DNA from: the human T2T-CHM13v2.0 reference genome, Homo sapiens
Assembly (NCBI RefSeq): GCF_009914755.1
Contig: NC_060926.1
Length of the DNA: 64,000 nucleotides
Reading direction: 5' to 3' (one strand)
The position numbers and the translations under genes are program-made. This document shows, piece by piece, positions 29,556 to 41,618 of the stretch; the stretch's first letter is position 1; each line of letters opens with the position of its first letter. Under the pieces are notes generated by a model, which was not told the origin of the DNA, ran no database searches, and saw nothing but the letters and a program-made list of their open reading frames with translations.

Positions 29556-31016
29556 CTTCCTAAAGGGAGGATATTTTCTCTAATATGCAATTAGAGTACA
29601 GGCACATAACCATGATGTAGTTGAACTCTGTTGATTTTTGGTTTGCCTATACTTTTAGGGTGCAGCCCTCTAGAAGTGCCTATTAAAATTCTGAACCCCT
29701 CCTCATCAGCAGCGCTGCATTCTAATTTTGTTCTTCTAACACCATAACACGGTTAAAACTCTGCTTCAGTATGAAGCCACTTAGCATTTTCTTTCTACTT
29801 CTTTCGTGAGCATTTCTTCTCTGATGTTTTATTTCTTCTTAAATAGACATCTCAGGAATTTTCATATAATTCAAGGGCAAAGCATCTTATAAGACATATT
29901 CACTTCTCTGGATTACATTTTTTTTCTACTTCACCACTTTATTTCTTTTTCTTTTATCTGGCTGTATTGGTTGTCCTGAAATCCAACATTTGCCTCTAAT
30001 GTTCAGTGTGATTGTCTCAAACTCCAGAGAAGTACTTTCTTTTTAGCTTCTGTGTCCTGTGATGTGAATTAGCCAATACCCAAATGTTAGCAGTCTTCTT
30101 AACCTCAGTGGGTTTCTCTTTTATTTAAGATGTTGGCTGGTCAAGATCTTACTTCCTTTATTGCATTCTGATACATTCCAATAGTTTCAAAATTAATTTT
30201 ATCCAGCTTTTATAGTTGCTCTCAACAAGGGTATTGATACGACATCAACTGCTATGTCAAAGTCTAAAATGAAAGTTTCTCACTGTTTAATCATTTATAA
30301 CATTAACCCCTTTGGTTATCTCAATGTTATCTTCATTTTACAGACCAGGAAAACTAAAGAAATAAGAGTATAAACAAATTGCCCAAGGTCACATATCTAG
30401 TAAATTGCAGAGCTGTATTTGAGCAGAGAAAATTTGACTCCAGAAGCCATGCTTTTTATCACTGTGCTATACTCCATATAAGATAAAACTCAAATAGTAG
30501 TGGTGTATATATATATATAGATAGATAGGTAGATAGATAGATATACATATCTATATATATATCTATACCTATATATATAAAATATATACTAGTATATATG
30601 GTGTGTGTATATGTATATTATATATATAATAAAGTGGTGAAGTAGAAAAAAAATGTAATCCACAGAGAAGTGAATAACTCTTATAAGACACTTTGCCATT
30701 GAGTTATATGAAAATTCCTAAGATGTCCATGTAAGAAGAAATAAAACATCAGAGAAGAAATGCTCAGGAAAGAAATAGAAAGTAGATGCTAACTGGCTTC
30801 ATATTGAAGCAGAGTTTTAACAGTGTTATGGTGTTAGAAGAACAAAATTAGAGCGCAGGGCTGTTGATGAGGAGGGGTTCAGAATTTTAATAGGAACATG
30901 TAGAGGGCTGTACCCCAAAAGTATAGGCGAACCAAAAATCAACAAAGTTCAAGTACATCATGGTTATGTGCCTGTACTCTAATTGCATATTAGAAAAAAT
31001 ATACCCCTTTAGGAAG
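29556..31016. repeat. Long inverted repeat: arms 29556-29943 and 30628-31016, 684-bp spacer
   Basis: Manual alignment of the reverse complement: ~389 bp with about 33 differences (~91% identity). Confidence 0.95.
30290..30475 (-). mobile_element. MIR
   Basis: cattttacagaccaggaaaact...ttgcccaaggtcaca...tgactccagaagcc, antisense MIR core. Confidence 0.8.
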
Positions 31017-31184
31017 GGAGGAGATATGTATATATATAAAATTCCATGTCTGTGTATGCTCAATTGAATTTGGAGATACTGTACCTTTTAAAAAATTAAT
31101 ATGGTGATATATATATATTATATATATTATTTATATATTTATATATATTATTTATATATATATATAAAAATAATATATATATAT
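30503..31184. repeat. (TA)n-rich tracts (30503-30627, 31024-31040, 31107-31184) interleaved with copied segments
   Basis: Directly visible. Confidence 0.9.
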
Positions 31185-31472
31185 GGAATGAGACCTTGTC
31201 TCCAAAGTAAATAAAACTTTTTGAGAGTGCAGTGGCACGATCACAGCTTGCTGTAGCCTCAACCTCCCAGCTGAAGAGATATTCCCACCTCAGTATCTGA
31301 GTAGCTGGGACTACAGGCACACGCCACCATGCCCAGCTAATTTTTGTATTTTTAGTAAAGACAGGGTCTCACTATGTTGCCCAGGCTTGTCAGGAACCCT
31401 TGGGCTCAAGCAATCGCCCACCTTGGCTTTCCAAAGTGCTGGGATTACAGGTGTGAGCCACTGCCCCTAGCC
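31185..31472 (-). mobile_element. AluJ with deleted and inverted 3' end
   Basis: Antisense AluJ body 31218-31472; Alu terminal motif gagaccttgtctc plus A-tail lies in the opposite orientation at 31185-31217; no left TSD found. Confidence 0.85.
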
Positions 31473-32386
31473 TGTATTCTTATTTAACTCTTGATTAAAG
31501 GATCTGTGGGTAGATATTACAGGGCCACTACAATAGCTCTATAGCACCTCTTTCAGTCATCATAGTTGTGTTTCAGGAAGTCAAGGCAAGAAAGACTGGG
31601 TGGTGTCTAAATAAGAAAAGCACATATTTCTTCCCAGAAATTCTAGCATATAGCTGCTTATATTCCCCTGAGACTCCCTTAGCTGTCATGGGCACTCTTA
31701 GATCCAAGGGAATCTGAGAAGAATCTCATTTGTTGACTGTGCTCAAGTATGCAATGAGCAGCTAAACAAACTGAATAAGTTTTCAGTTTAGATTTTAAAA
31801 GATGTCATACAGATTTTACTTTTTCTCATAAGATAATTTTCATCATCCAATGCAAAAATGTATAAGCAGAACTCCTGGTACTATTCTTGCAATACTGATG
31901 TGTTCATACCAAGTACAGATTGTCTGTGTGCATGGCCACAGATGATTCATTTGTTTCTAAGAAAATCCCAAAAGGCTACAATTTATTTTCTTGTAATAGC
32001 CTGTATGAATTTGCTTTGGGCATGGCCCAGTTTATGAAGATTGTTTGAGAAATGAAACAGAAACTATCGTTTTATTGAATTTGGAGATACTGTACTTTTT
32101 AAGAAATTAACATGGTATATTACATTAATTAAATTTTGAATGTTAAAATAAATTTGCATTTGTGAAATAATTTCACTTGGTTATGTTGTCTAACATTTTT
32201 ACATGTTGCTAGATTCTGTTTGCTAGAGTTATTTTAAATTTCTAGATCTATATTCATGAGGGATGATGGTCTGTACAGTATTTTTCTTGTGATGCTTTTG
32301 TCTGGTTTTGTAATCTGGGTAATACCTCAAAAAATAAATTGTTAATTTTCCTCCTCTTCTGTATTTTTCAAGTTTTTGTGAAGGAT

Positions 32387-33050
32387 TTTTTTTGCTTTTT
32401 TTTCACTTTTATTTCAGGCTCAGGGGTTACATGTGCAGGTTTGTTCCATGGGTAAATTGTGTGTCACTGAGGTTGGATGTATGAATGATTCCATCACCTA
32501 GGTAGAGAACGTAGTACCTGAAAGTTTTTTAACCCTCAGCCCCTCCCACCCCTCTCCCTCTGGTAGTCCCCAGTGTCTATTATTCCCATCTCCATGTCTG
32601 TGTATACTCAATCTATAAGTGGGAACATTTGGTATTTGGTTTTCTGTTCCTTTGTTAATTTGCTTAGGATAATGGCCTCCAGCTGCATTCATGTTGCTGC
32701 AAAGGACATGATTTCATTCTTTTTTATGGCTGCATAGTATTCCATAGTGTATATGCACCACATTTTCTTTATCCAGTCCACTGTTGGTGGGCAACTAGGT
32801 GGATTTCATGTCTTTGCTGATGGGAATGATGCTGCTGTGAACATATGGGTACATGTGCCTTTTTGGTAGAAAGATTTATTTTCCATTGGGTATATCCCAG
32901 TAGTGAGATTGCTGGGTCTAGATGTAGTTTTTTTTTTTTTTTAAGTTATTTGAAAACCCTCCAAATGGCTTTCCACAGTGGCTGAACTAATTTAAATTCT
33001 CACCAACGGTGTATCACCATTTCCTTTTCTCCACAGCCTTGCAAACATTT
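32387..33050 (-). mobile_element. Old L1PA (L1PA16/17-like) 3' fragment
   Basis: T-tail, caggggttacatgtgcaggtttgtt 3'UTR and end of ORF2. Confidence 0.85.
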
Positions 33051-33229
33051 GTGTCATGTGTTTGTAAAGACAGAACTGTGTTGTCCATAACTGTCATCAG
33101 TGTAAATAGCAAGGATTTGAACATTTTACACTTTATTTTAAAAACTAAGACCTTTTTACTAAAGTATACTGGGTGAGAATTCTATCTTGGCCACTAAGTA
33201 GTATAGAAACCTAAAAAAAATAAGTCAAC

Positions 33230-33380
33230 CTTTTTTTGTTTGTTTTCCTTTTCATTAATGTTTTTGTACAAATGGGGGTCTCACTATGTTGTCCAGGCTG
33301 GTCTTATACTCCTGGCCTCAAGCAATCCTCTTGTTTTAGCCACACAAAGTGATGGGTGGCTTGAGCCACTGCACCTGGCC
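33230..33380 (-). mobile_element. FLAM / Alu left monomer within a MIR
   Basis: gggtctcactatgttgtccaggctggtc...gagccactgcacctggcc; degenerate TSD taagtcaacct/taagttatctt. Confidence 0.8.
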
Positions 33381-33521
33381 TAAGTTATCTTCCCATGAGA
33401 CACAGTTTTCTATTTGTAAAAATGGAGATTAGGTTTTAATTCTCCATATTGTTAACATAGTTGTTTTGTAAATGCTATTTCTCTTTCCTTTATGTGTACT
33501 TTTTTAGTACTTCACCACTTT

Positions 33522-36500
33522 ATTTCTTTTTAACTATTATTTTAGGTTCAGAGGTACATGTGCAGGTTTCTCATATAGATAAATTGCATGACACGGCAGT
33601 TTGCTGTACAGATTATTTCACCACCCAGGTAATAAGCATAGTATCCAATAGGTAGTTTTTTTATTCTTACCCTCCTCCTGCTTCCACTCTCAATAGACCC
33701 CCATGTCTGTTCTTTCCTTCTTTGTGTCCATATGTACTCGGTGTTTACTGCCACTTAAAAGAGAACATACAATATTTGGTTTTCTGTTCCTCTGTTAGTT
33801 TTCCTAGGATAACAGCCTCCAGCTCCATCCACATTGCTGCAAAGGACATGGTCAACATTTTATTTTATAGATGCATACTATTCCGTGATGTATATGCACC
33901 ACCTTTGTTTTTATCCAGTCTATCATTGATGGGCATTTATGTTGATCCCATGTCTTTGCTATTGTGAACAGTGTTGTAATGAACATACATCAGCGTGTGT
34001 CTTTATGATAGAATGATTTATATTCCTTTGGGTATATGCCCAATAATGGGATCACTGGGTCAAATGGTAATTCTGCCAAACTGCTTTCCACAATGGCTGA
34101 ACTAATTTACGTTCCCACCAACATTATATAAGCTTTTCCTTTTCTCCACAACCTCGCCAGCATCTGTTAATTTTTGACATTTTAATAATAGCCATTATGA
34201 CTGGTGTGAGATGGTATTTCACTGCGGTTTTGATTTGAATTTCCCTAATGATTAGTGAACATTTTTTCATATTCTTTTAGCCATGTCTATGTCATCTTTT
34301 GAAAAGTGTCTGTTCATGTTCTTTTCCCATTTTTTAATGAAGTTTTTTGGTTTTTGCTTGTTAAATTCTTTAAGTTCTTTAAAGATTCTGGATTATTTGA
34401 CCATTGTCAGTACATAGTTTGCAAATATTTTCTCCCATTCTGTAGGTTGTCTGTTTACTCTGTTAATAGTTTCTTTTGCTGTGCAGAAGCTCTTTACTTT
34501 AATTAGGCCCTGTTTGTCAATTTTTGTTTTTGTTGCAAGTGTTTTTCTCATCTTCATCAGGAAATCTCTGCCAGATCCTGTGTCCAGATAGTATTTCTTA
34601 GGTTATTTTCCAGGGTTGGTATAGTTTTAGATGTTACGTTTAAGTCTTTAATCCACTTTGAGGTGATTTTTGTATATGGTGTAAGGAAGGGGACCAATTT
34701 CAATCTTCCATTTATCCCAGTACCGTTAATTGAACAGGGAGTCTTTCTCATTGCTTGCTTTCATCGACTTTGTCAAAAATCAGATGGTTGTAGGTTAGCA
34801 GCATTATTTCTGGGCTCTCTATTCTGTTCAATTGGTTTATATGCCTGTTTCTGTAATGGTACCAAGCTGTTTTATAAATAGAAGTGTATTTTTGATATGG
34901 CTCTCAACTTGGATGTTGTTGGTGTATAGGAATGCTGCTGATTTTTGTGCATTGATTTTATATCCTGAAATTTTGCTGAAGTTATTTATCAGGTCTCAGA
35001 GTTTTGGGACAGAGACTATGGGTATTTTAGGTATAGAATCATATTAGCTGCAAACAGGATTAGTCTAAATTCCACTCATTCTATTCAGATGCCTTTTATT
35101 TCTTTCTCTTGCCTAACTGCTTTGGTCAGGAATTCCAGTACTATGTTGAAGAGGAGTGGTGAGAGTGGGCATCCTTGTCTTGTTCTGGTTTTCAAGGGGA
35201 ATGCTTCCAGCTTTTTCCACTGTGTATGATGTTGGCTGAGTTTGTCATGAGTGAGTCTTATTATTTTGAAGTATGTTCCTTCAGTGGTTAGTTTGTTGAT
35301 GGTTTTTAATATGACATGACAGTGAATTTTATCAAAAGCCTTTTCTGCATATATTGAGAAGATCATGTGGTTTCTGTTTTAAGTTGTGTTGACGTAATGA
35401 ATTACGTTTTGATTTGTGTATGCTGAACCAACCTGGCATACCAAATAGAAAGCCTACCTGAATGTGATGGGTTAACTTTTTGATGTGTTGCTAGATTCAG
35501 TTTACCAGTATTTTGTTGAGGATTTTTTTCATCTAAGTTCATCAAGGATATTGGTCTGAAGTTTTCTTTTTTTGTTGTGTTTCTGCCAGGTTTTGGTAGC
35601 AGGATGATGCTGGGATCATAGAATGAGTTAGTGAGGAGTCCCTCCTCCTCATTTTTTTTTTTTTGGAATCATTTCAGTAGTAGTGCCAGCTCTTCCATAC
35701 ATCTGGTAGAATTCAGTTGTGAAATCATCTGGTCCTGGGCTTTTTCTGATTAGTAGACCTTTTATTACTGATTCAATTTTGGAATTCATTATTGGTGGGT
35801 TCAGAAATTTAATTTCTTCCTGGTTCAGTCTGAGGTAACTGTATGTTTCCAGGAATTTATCAATTTCTTCTAGGTTTTCTAGCTTGCATGCATAGAGTGT
35901 TCATAGTAGTCTCTGAGAGCTTTTTTTTTGTTTGTTTTTCGGGGTCAGTTGTCACATCTCCTTTGTCTCTTTCTCTCTTTCTCTCTCTCTTTCTCTCTCT
36001 CTTTTAGTCTAGCTATTGGTCTATGTATCTTTTAATCTTTTTATTTTTTCAAAAAACCAACCCCTAATTTCATTGATCTTTTGTATGGTTTTTTTGTGTG
36101 TGTGTCTCGATTTCCTTCAGTTTCTCTCTAATTTTTGTTATTTCCTGTCCTCTGTTTGTTTTGTTATTGGTTTGCTCTTGTCTCTCTAGCTCTTCTAGCT
36201 TTGATGTCAGGATGTTATTTTGAGACCTGTCTCATTTTTATACTTTTGGCATTTAGTGTTATGAACTTCCCTCTTAACACTGATTTAATTGTGTCCCAGA
36301 GATTCTGGCATGTTATATCTTTGTTCTCATTAATTTCAAAGAATTTTTTGATTTCTCCCTTAATTTCATTATTTACCCAATTGTCATTCAGGAACAGATT
36401 AATTTATATGTAATCGTATAATTTTAAGCTATTTTCTATGTATTGATTTGTATTTTTATTGCACTGTGATCCAAGAGTGCAATACCAGTGATTTTGGTTT

Positions 36501-39500
36501 TTTGGAATTTGCTGAGGATTGTTTTATGTCTGAATGTGTGGTTGATTTTAGAGTATGTGCCATGTGCAGATGAGAATGTATATTCTGTTGTTTTGGGTGG
36601 AGAGTTCTGTAGATATCTATTACATTCATTTGCTCAAGTGTCAAGTTTGGGTCCTGAATATCTTTTGTTAGTTTTCTGCCTCAATACTCTGTCTAATACT
36701 GTCGGTGGGGTGTTGAAGTCTCCCAATATTATTGCATGGTTATATGAGGCACTTTGTAAGTGTCTAATAATTTGCTTTATGAGTCTGGGCGCTCCTGTTT
36801 CTTCAGCATTTATATTTAGGATAGTTAGGCCTTATTGTTGAATGAAGCCTTTTACCATTATGTAATGCCCTTCTTTGTCTTTTTGACTTTTGTTGTTTTA
36901 AAGTCTGTTTTGTCTGAAATTAGAATAGCAGCTCCTACTTTTATTCTGTTTTCTACTTTCTTGGTAGATTTTCCTCCAACCCTTTACATTGAGTCTATGG
37001 TTGTCACTGCATGTGAAATGGGTCTCTTGTAGACAGCATAACATTGGGTCTTGCTTCTTTATCCATTTGTCAATATGTGCCTTTTAATTGGGGCATTTAA
37101 CCCATTTACATTTAAGGTTAGTGTTAATATGTGTGGATATGATCCTGTCATTGTGTTGTTAGCTTGTTATTATGCAAATTTGTTTGTGCGGTGGCTTTAT
37201 AGTGTCACTGGTCTATGTACTTAAGTGTGTTTTTGTAGTGGCCAGTAATGGTCTTTCTTTTCCATATTTAGGACTCCTTTTAGGACCTTTTGTGAGGCAG
37301 GTCAGGTGCTAACAAATTTGCTTAGCATTTGCTTGTCTTAAAAAGATCGTGTTTCTCCCTTGCTTATAAAGCTTAATTTTGCTGGATATAAAATTCTTGG
37401 TTGGAAATTCCTTTCTTTAAGAATGCTGAATATAGGCCTTTGATCTCTTCTGGCTTGTAGTGTTTCTCCTGAACGGTTCACTGCTAGCTTGTTGAGGTTC
37501 CCTTTGTAGGTAACCTGATCTTTCTCTCTAGTTACCTTTAATATTTTTTTCTTGCAGAATCTAATGACTATGTGTCTTGGAGATGGTCTTCTCACGTAGC
37601 ATTTCACAGGAGTTCTTGGCATCTCCTGAATTTAAACATTGGCCTTTCTATAGAGGTTGGGGTAATTTTCATAGACAATCTCCTGAGATGTTTTCCAAGT
37701 TGCTTGTTTTCACTCCTTCTCTTTCAGGGACACCAATGAGTCATAGATTTGGTGTCTTTACATAATCCCATATTTCTCAGAGGTTTTGCTATTTTAAACA
37801 TTTGTTAGTTTAAACATTCTACTTTATTTTGTCTGACTGAGTTATTTCAGAGAACCAGTCTTGAGCTATGTGATTCTTTCCTCAGCTTGATCCATTCTGG
37901 TATTAATTCTTGCAGTTATATTCTGAAATTTCTGAAGTGAGTTTTTCAACTCTATCAGATGAGTTTAGTTCATTCTAAAAATGATCTTTTCATCTTTCAT
38001 CTCCTGTATTATATTATTGTATTCCTTAAAATACATTAATTTGGTTTCAACTTTCTCCTGAATCTTGATGATCTTCATTCCTATTCATATTCTGAATTCT
38101 ATTTCTGCTATTTCAGACTGGTTAAGGATCATGTCTGGGCAACTAGTGCAGTTGTTTAGTGGTAAGAAGACACTCTGGCTTTTTGAGTTGCCAGAGTTCT
38201 TGCTTTGTTATTCCTCATCTTTGTGATCTCATGCTCCTTCAGTCTTTGATGTTGCTATCCTCTGAACGAGATTTTTTGGCTTTAATCTTCAATGCCCTTG
38301 GAAGTTTCATTGTGGTGTAGGTGGGTTTAGTCAACTGGCTTCATTTGTGGAGGATTTTAGGAGGCCAAGGCACAGGTTGGCACCCCTAAGTTGCATGCTG
38401 TACCTCTGGGGGACTGGTATTGGATGTCGAGCTTTGTTCTCTGGTCCCTCAAGGTTAGGAAACTGTGCATTGGAGGGGCTGATGTGTTCCAGGACTGCTG
38501 GCCACAACACTGTAACGAGTAGGGCCAGCCAAAGCATTGCATCAGGCAGTGGCACTAGGATCTGTGCTTGTTTGTTTGTGCCAGTAGCAGCAGCATGGTG
38601 GGGTGCTTGCTCATAGGCTGGGGTGGGGCACTGGTGGGCACAGGGTTGCTGGCCTCTATGCAGGCATTCACAGCAGTGGCAGCACAGAGGGTGAGAAGGG
38701 CTGCTGACCTCTATATGCATGCATTCACATTGGCAATGGTGGTATGGCTAGGAGCGGGGTGTACTCACACTAGCAACAGAAGCATGTTGGCATCCATGCA
38801 CACACACATGCTGGCAGGTAAGGGGAGGCGAGGTCCACCTACATGCTCATGCTTCAGCAAAGCAATGGGGTAGGTGGGCATGGGCAAGTGTGTGCCAGCA
38901 AAGTGTCATGGGGGAGGTTGCCATAGGATTAGGGTGTGGATGGGCTTGTGTGTGTCAGTGGGAACCACTCTGCTAGAGCTCTCAAATGGTCAGGTGCAGT
39001 CTGCTAGTATAGGAGCTATGATGCAGGTCCCCAGGAGGCACCCTACTTGGGCACCTGAGGCTGTACCACAAACAGGCACAGTCAGGCTGGGGATCCAGGA
39101 GAAGCCAGCTTACAGGGGAGTGCTCAGGTCAAACTGGCCCCATCTCACATTCAAGATTTTCCTTCTCTGTTCAGGTATGACAGTTTCCCTAAGACTAGAG
39201 TCTTCTAAGGGAGCACGGGGAGCCTTGGAGGGTGAACATCCCTGACTGTGCTCCACTGCAAATATTCCAACACCAAACTCTGTGGGCTCTACACAGGCTG
39301 AAGTACTGCCGCTACCACCTCTCTAAGCAGCTTTCCCTGCCAGCTCAAGTGTCCCTGAGAATCATGAGTTCCCCTGCTGCCAGGATTCTAGATGTCTGAG
39401 GCAAGAGCAGGTCACTCCTTGCCTGCTCAACTCACCCCTTTCCCCAGAATTGTTGGGGGTCAGGAACGAGTCTCGGTGCGTGGTCACCTCATGCAGGGTT

Positions 39501-39671
39501 CCCAGCTTCCTCCCCTTTCAGCCCAGTGTCTGTATCTTCCATCTGTCCACTCTCAATGCCTTCACTCTGAATATCTCCTGGGAGATGCACCAGTCTTCCT
39601 GAAGTCCTTGTCCCTTGGTGGCAGATGTTTTTCCTGGCTCTGTCTAGTAGGCCATCTTGCCTTGGCTCTCC
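33522..39671 (-). mobile_element. End-to-end old L1PA (L1PA15/16-like) with internal deletions
   Basis: 3'UTR, decayed ORF2 and ORF1 peptides, GC-richer 5'UTR ending in CAAGATGGCC (YY1) on the minus strand; 12-bp TSD cttcaccacttt at 33510-33521 and 39672-39683. Confidence 0.92.
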
Positions 39672-40044
39672 CTTCACCACTTTTGAAATGTTTTTTTTTT
39701 TTAAATCATTTGTAACTTTGGTCTTCAATCTCTTCTCCACCAGTAATTATTTAATAATCTGATATAGAAAATACTCTTTATAAGTATTACTTTTTATAGC
39801 GAAAATAACATAAAAATAATACACAGTTTGTGACCATTTGATAAAACATTAATAGTAGTACAGATAGAATCACAAAAGCTTGACAACCAATAAGCTCAAT
39901 GACTATTTTGTGCTTTCAGTTCCCACTTGCACCTCATGCCCTGTAGACAGTCAGCTAAGGTTTCCTACTGTCTCATGCTGATTGAGTAACGTACAGTATG
40001 ATGTTGTCACCATTGGACAACTCAAAACAGTCTTGCTGGAATAG

Positions 40045-40350
40045 TTTTTTTTTTTGTTTTTTTTTTTTTTTGAGACAGAGTCTGGCTCTGTCACCCGGGC
40101 TGGAGTGCAGTGGCATGATCTCAGCTCACTGCTACCTCTGCCTCCAGGGTTAAAGTGATTCTCCTGCCTCAGCCTCCTGAGTGGCTGGGATTACAGGCAC
40201 ATGCCACCACACCTGGCTAATTTTTGTATTTTTAGTAGAGACGGGGTTTCATCATGTTGATCAGGCTGGTCTTGAACTCATGTCCTCGTGATTCACCCAC
40301 CTCGGCCTCCCAAAGTGCTGGGATTACAGGCGTAAGCCACCGCACCCGGC
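40045..40350 (-). mobile_element. AluS (Sg-like), full length
   Basis: Dimer with T-tail; TSD tggaatagttttt on both sides. Confidence 0.93.
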
Positions 40351-41099
40351 TGGAATAGTTTTTAATTAGTGGTTACATCTCTGTTTTTCCTACTTCATCA
40401 CATGAGATTTGAATTACTGATATTTCAAAAGGTTGCATTATTTTCCTCAGGCAGATGTAATTGAATTATCCAAATAAATCTTCAATATCAAAATTTGTTG
40501 TTAATTATCTGGTTCTAGATTTTATTTTTGTTTTTGTTATTATTCTTATTATATATTTTTGCAAAGGGACTTTACAAACACGTGCTGATTCCTTATATTG
40601 TGGCCAGAACATCTCAACATGTAGAAACAGCCAAAACAATGACAGAAGTTAACGTTATTATTACTATGATGATGATGATTATTACTTATACTCATATATC
40701 TCCTTTCTTCTCACACTCATTTCAAGTTCCTTTGACTCCCCTCATACTCATTATTCATGCTGATGTAATCTACAGTTGACTGGGGGTAGGGAGACAACGT
40801 CTCCTTTCTCCCTTGCTTCTGCTTGTTGCCTAGGACCCCATTGTATACCTTGCAGAAAGCTGATGAGTGAAGGACACAGAGTAGATTCCCAAATATTAGA
40901 GCACCCTAAGAACAATAGTGTAAAACAGGTATCTCCATATTCTAATGAGACATTTTAGACCACAGTGTCCACCTGAGACATCCTATAAGACTATTAGATC
41001 TCGAGAACAGGTGCTTGTTTGACTGTGGATAACTGCCATCTCTTGTTCTCAGTTCAGAGCCTCATATAAAAAGAGAAGAGGCAAGGAATCACTAAACTT

Positions 41100-41425
41100 G
41101 CTGTCATTAATGTAAACCAAATACTCATCCAAATAACATATATGGTAAGGGTATAAAAACCTAAATTGTAATCTTACATAGTAAAGAGTTGAGTCAATAT
41201 TTAATTCTAAAATAATAATAACTCTAAAGGCAGATTATTTAAAAACAGGGAGTTACATTCCATAGCAAACAGCTGGAATTTAAGTTTGAAGTTATTGACT
41301 GTTGCAGAGTATATCTCTGGGGCTATGAAGAGTAAGGCAGATAATGATTTTTTCATTAAAAGCCTTATTCAACTACTTGAATTTTTAAGCTATGTTCATG
41401 TTTAATTTGCTAAAAATAAAAATTA
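41100..41425 (+). mobile_element. Ancient L1ME 3' end
   Basis: ttttcattaaaagcctt...ttttaagctatgttcatg...aaaaataaaaatt resembles L1ME3/4 termini. Confidence 0.45.
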
Positions 41426-41440
41426 AGAATGAAGTCAAGT

Positions 41441-41618
41441 GGCCAGGTGTGGTGGCTCATAGCTGTAATTCCAGCACTTTGGGAGGCTGAGGTGGGTGGG
41501 TCACCTGAGGGTCAGCCTCGCCAACATGGTGAGACCCCATCTCTACTGAAAAAAAAAATTAGCCGAGCATGGTGGAGCATGCCTGTAGTCCCAGCTACTT
41601 CGGAGACTGAGGCATGAG
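41441..41618 (+). mobile_element. AluS, 3'-truncated
   Basis: Left monomer with a small internal deletion, then the right monomer ends at ctgaggcatgag; no tail or TSD. Confidence 0.9.

Larger units (their letters stand above)
27130..30270 (-). mobile_element. Ancient L1M fragments (ORF2, ORF1, 5' end), interrupted by two MaLR LTRs
   Basis: Antisense degenerate motifs (aaatacaattgatttc, ggccattatgtcttcaaatattgcttctgcc, aatcctgaacattgtatgtgaaaac). Confidence 0.6.

Noticed and set aside
29556-31016. Inverted arms read as terminal inverted repeats of a new DNA transposon
   Set aside because: No TSD; the left arm is continuous with surrounding L1M sequence; the spacer is ordinary L1M/MIR DNA with no transposase.
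31189-31216. Copy of the Alu tail at 15135-15162 (gaccttgtctc...aaagtaaataaaa)
   Set aside because: The similarity is a generic Alu end plus A-rich tail; the adjacent Alu lacking this very part is the simpler source.
38331-39740. Cluster of 60-130 aa ORFs on both strands
   Set aside because: They lie in the GC-richer 5'UTR of the old L1, where stop codons are rarer; no recognisable domain.
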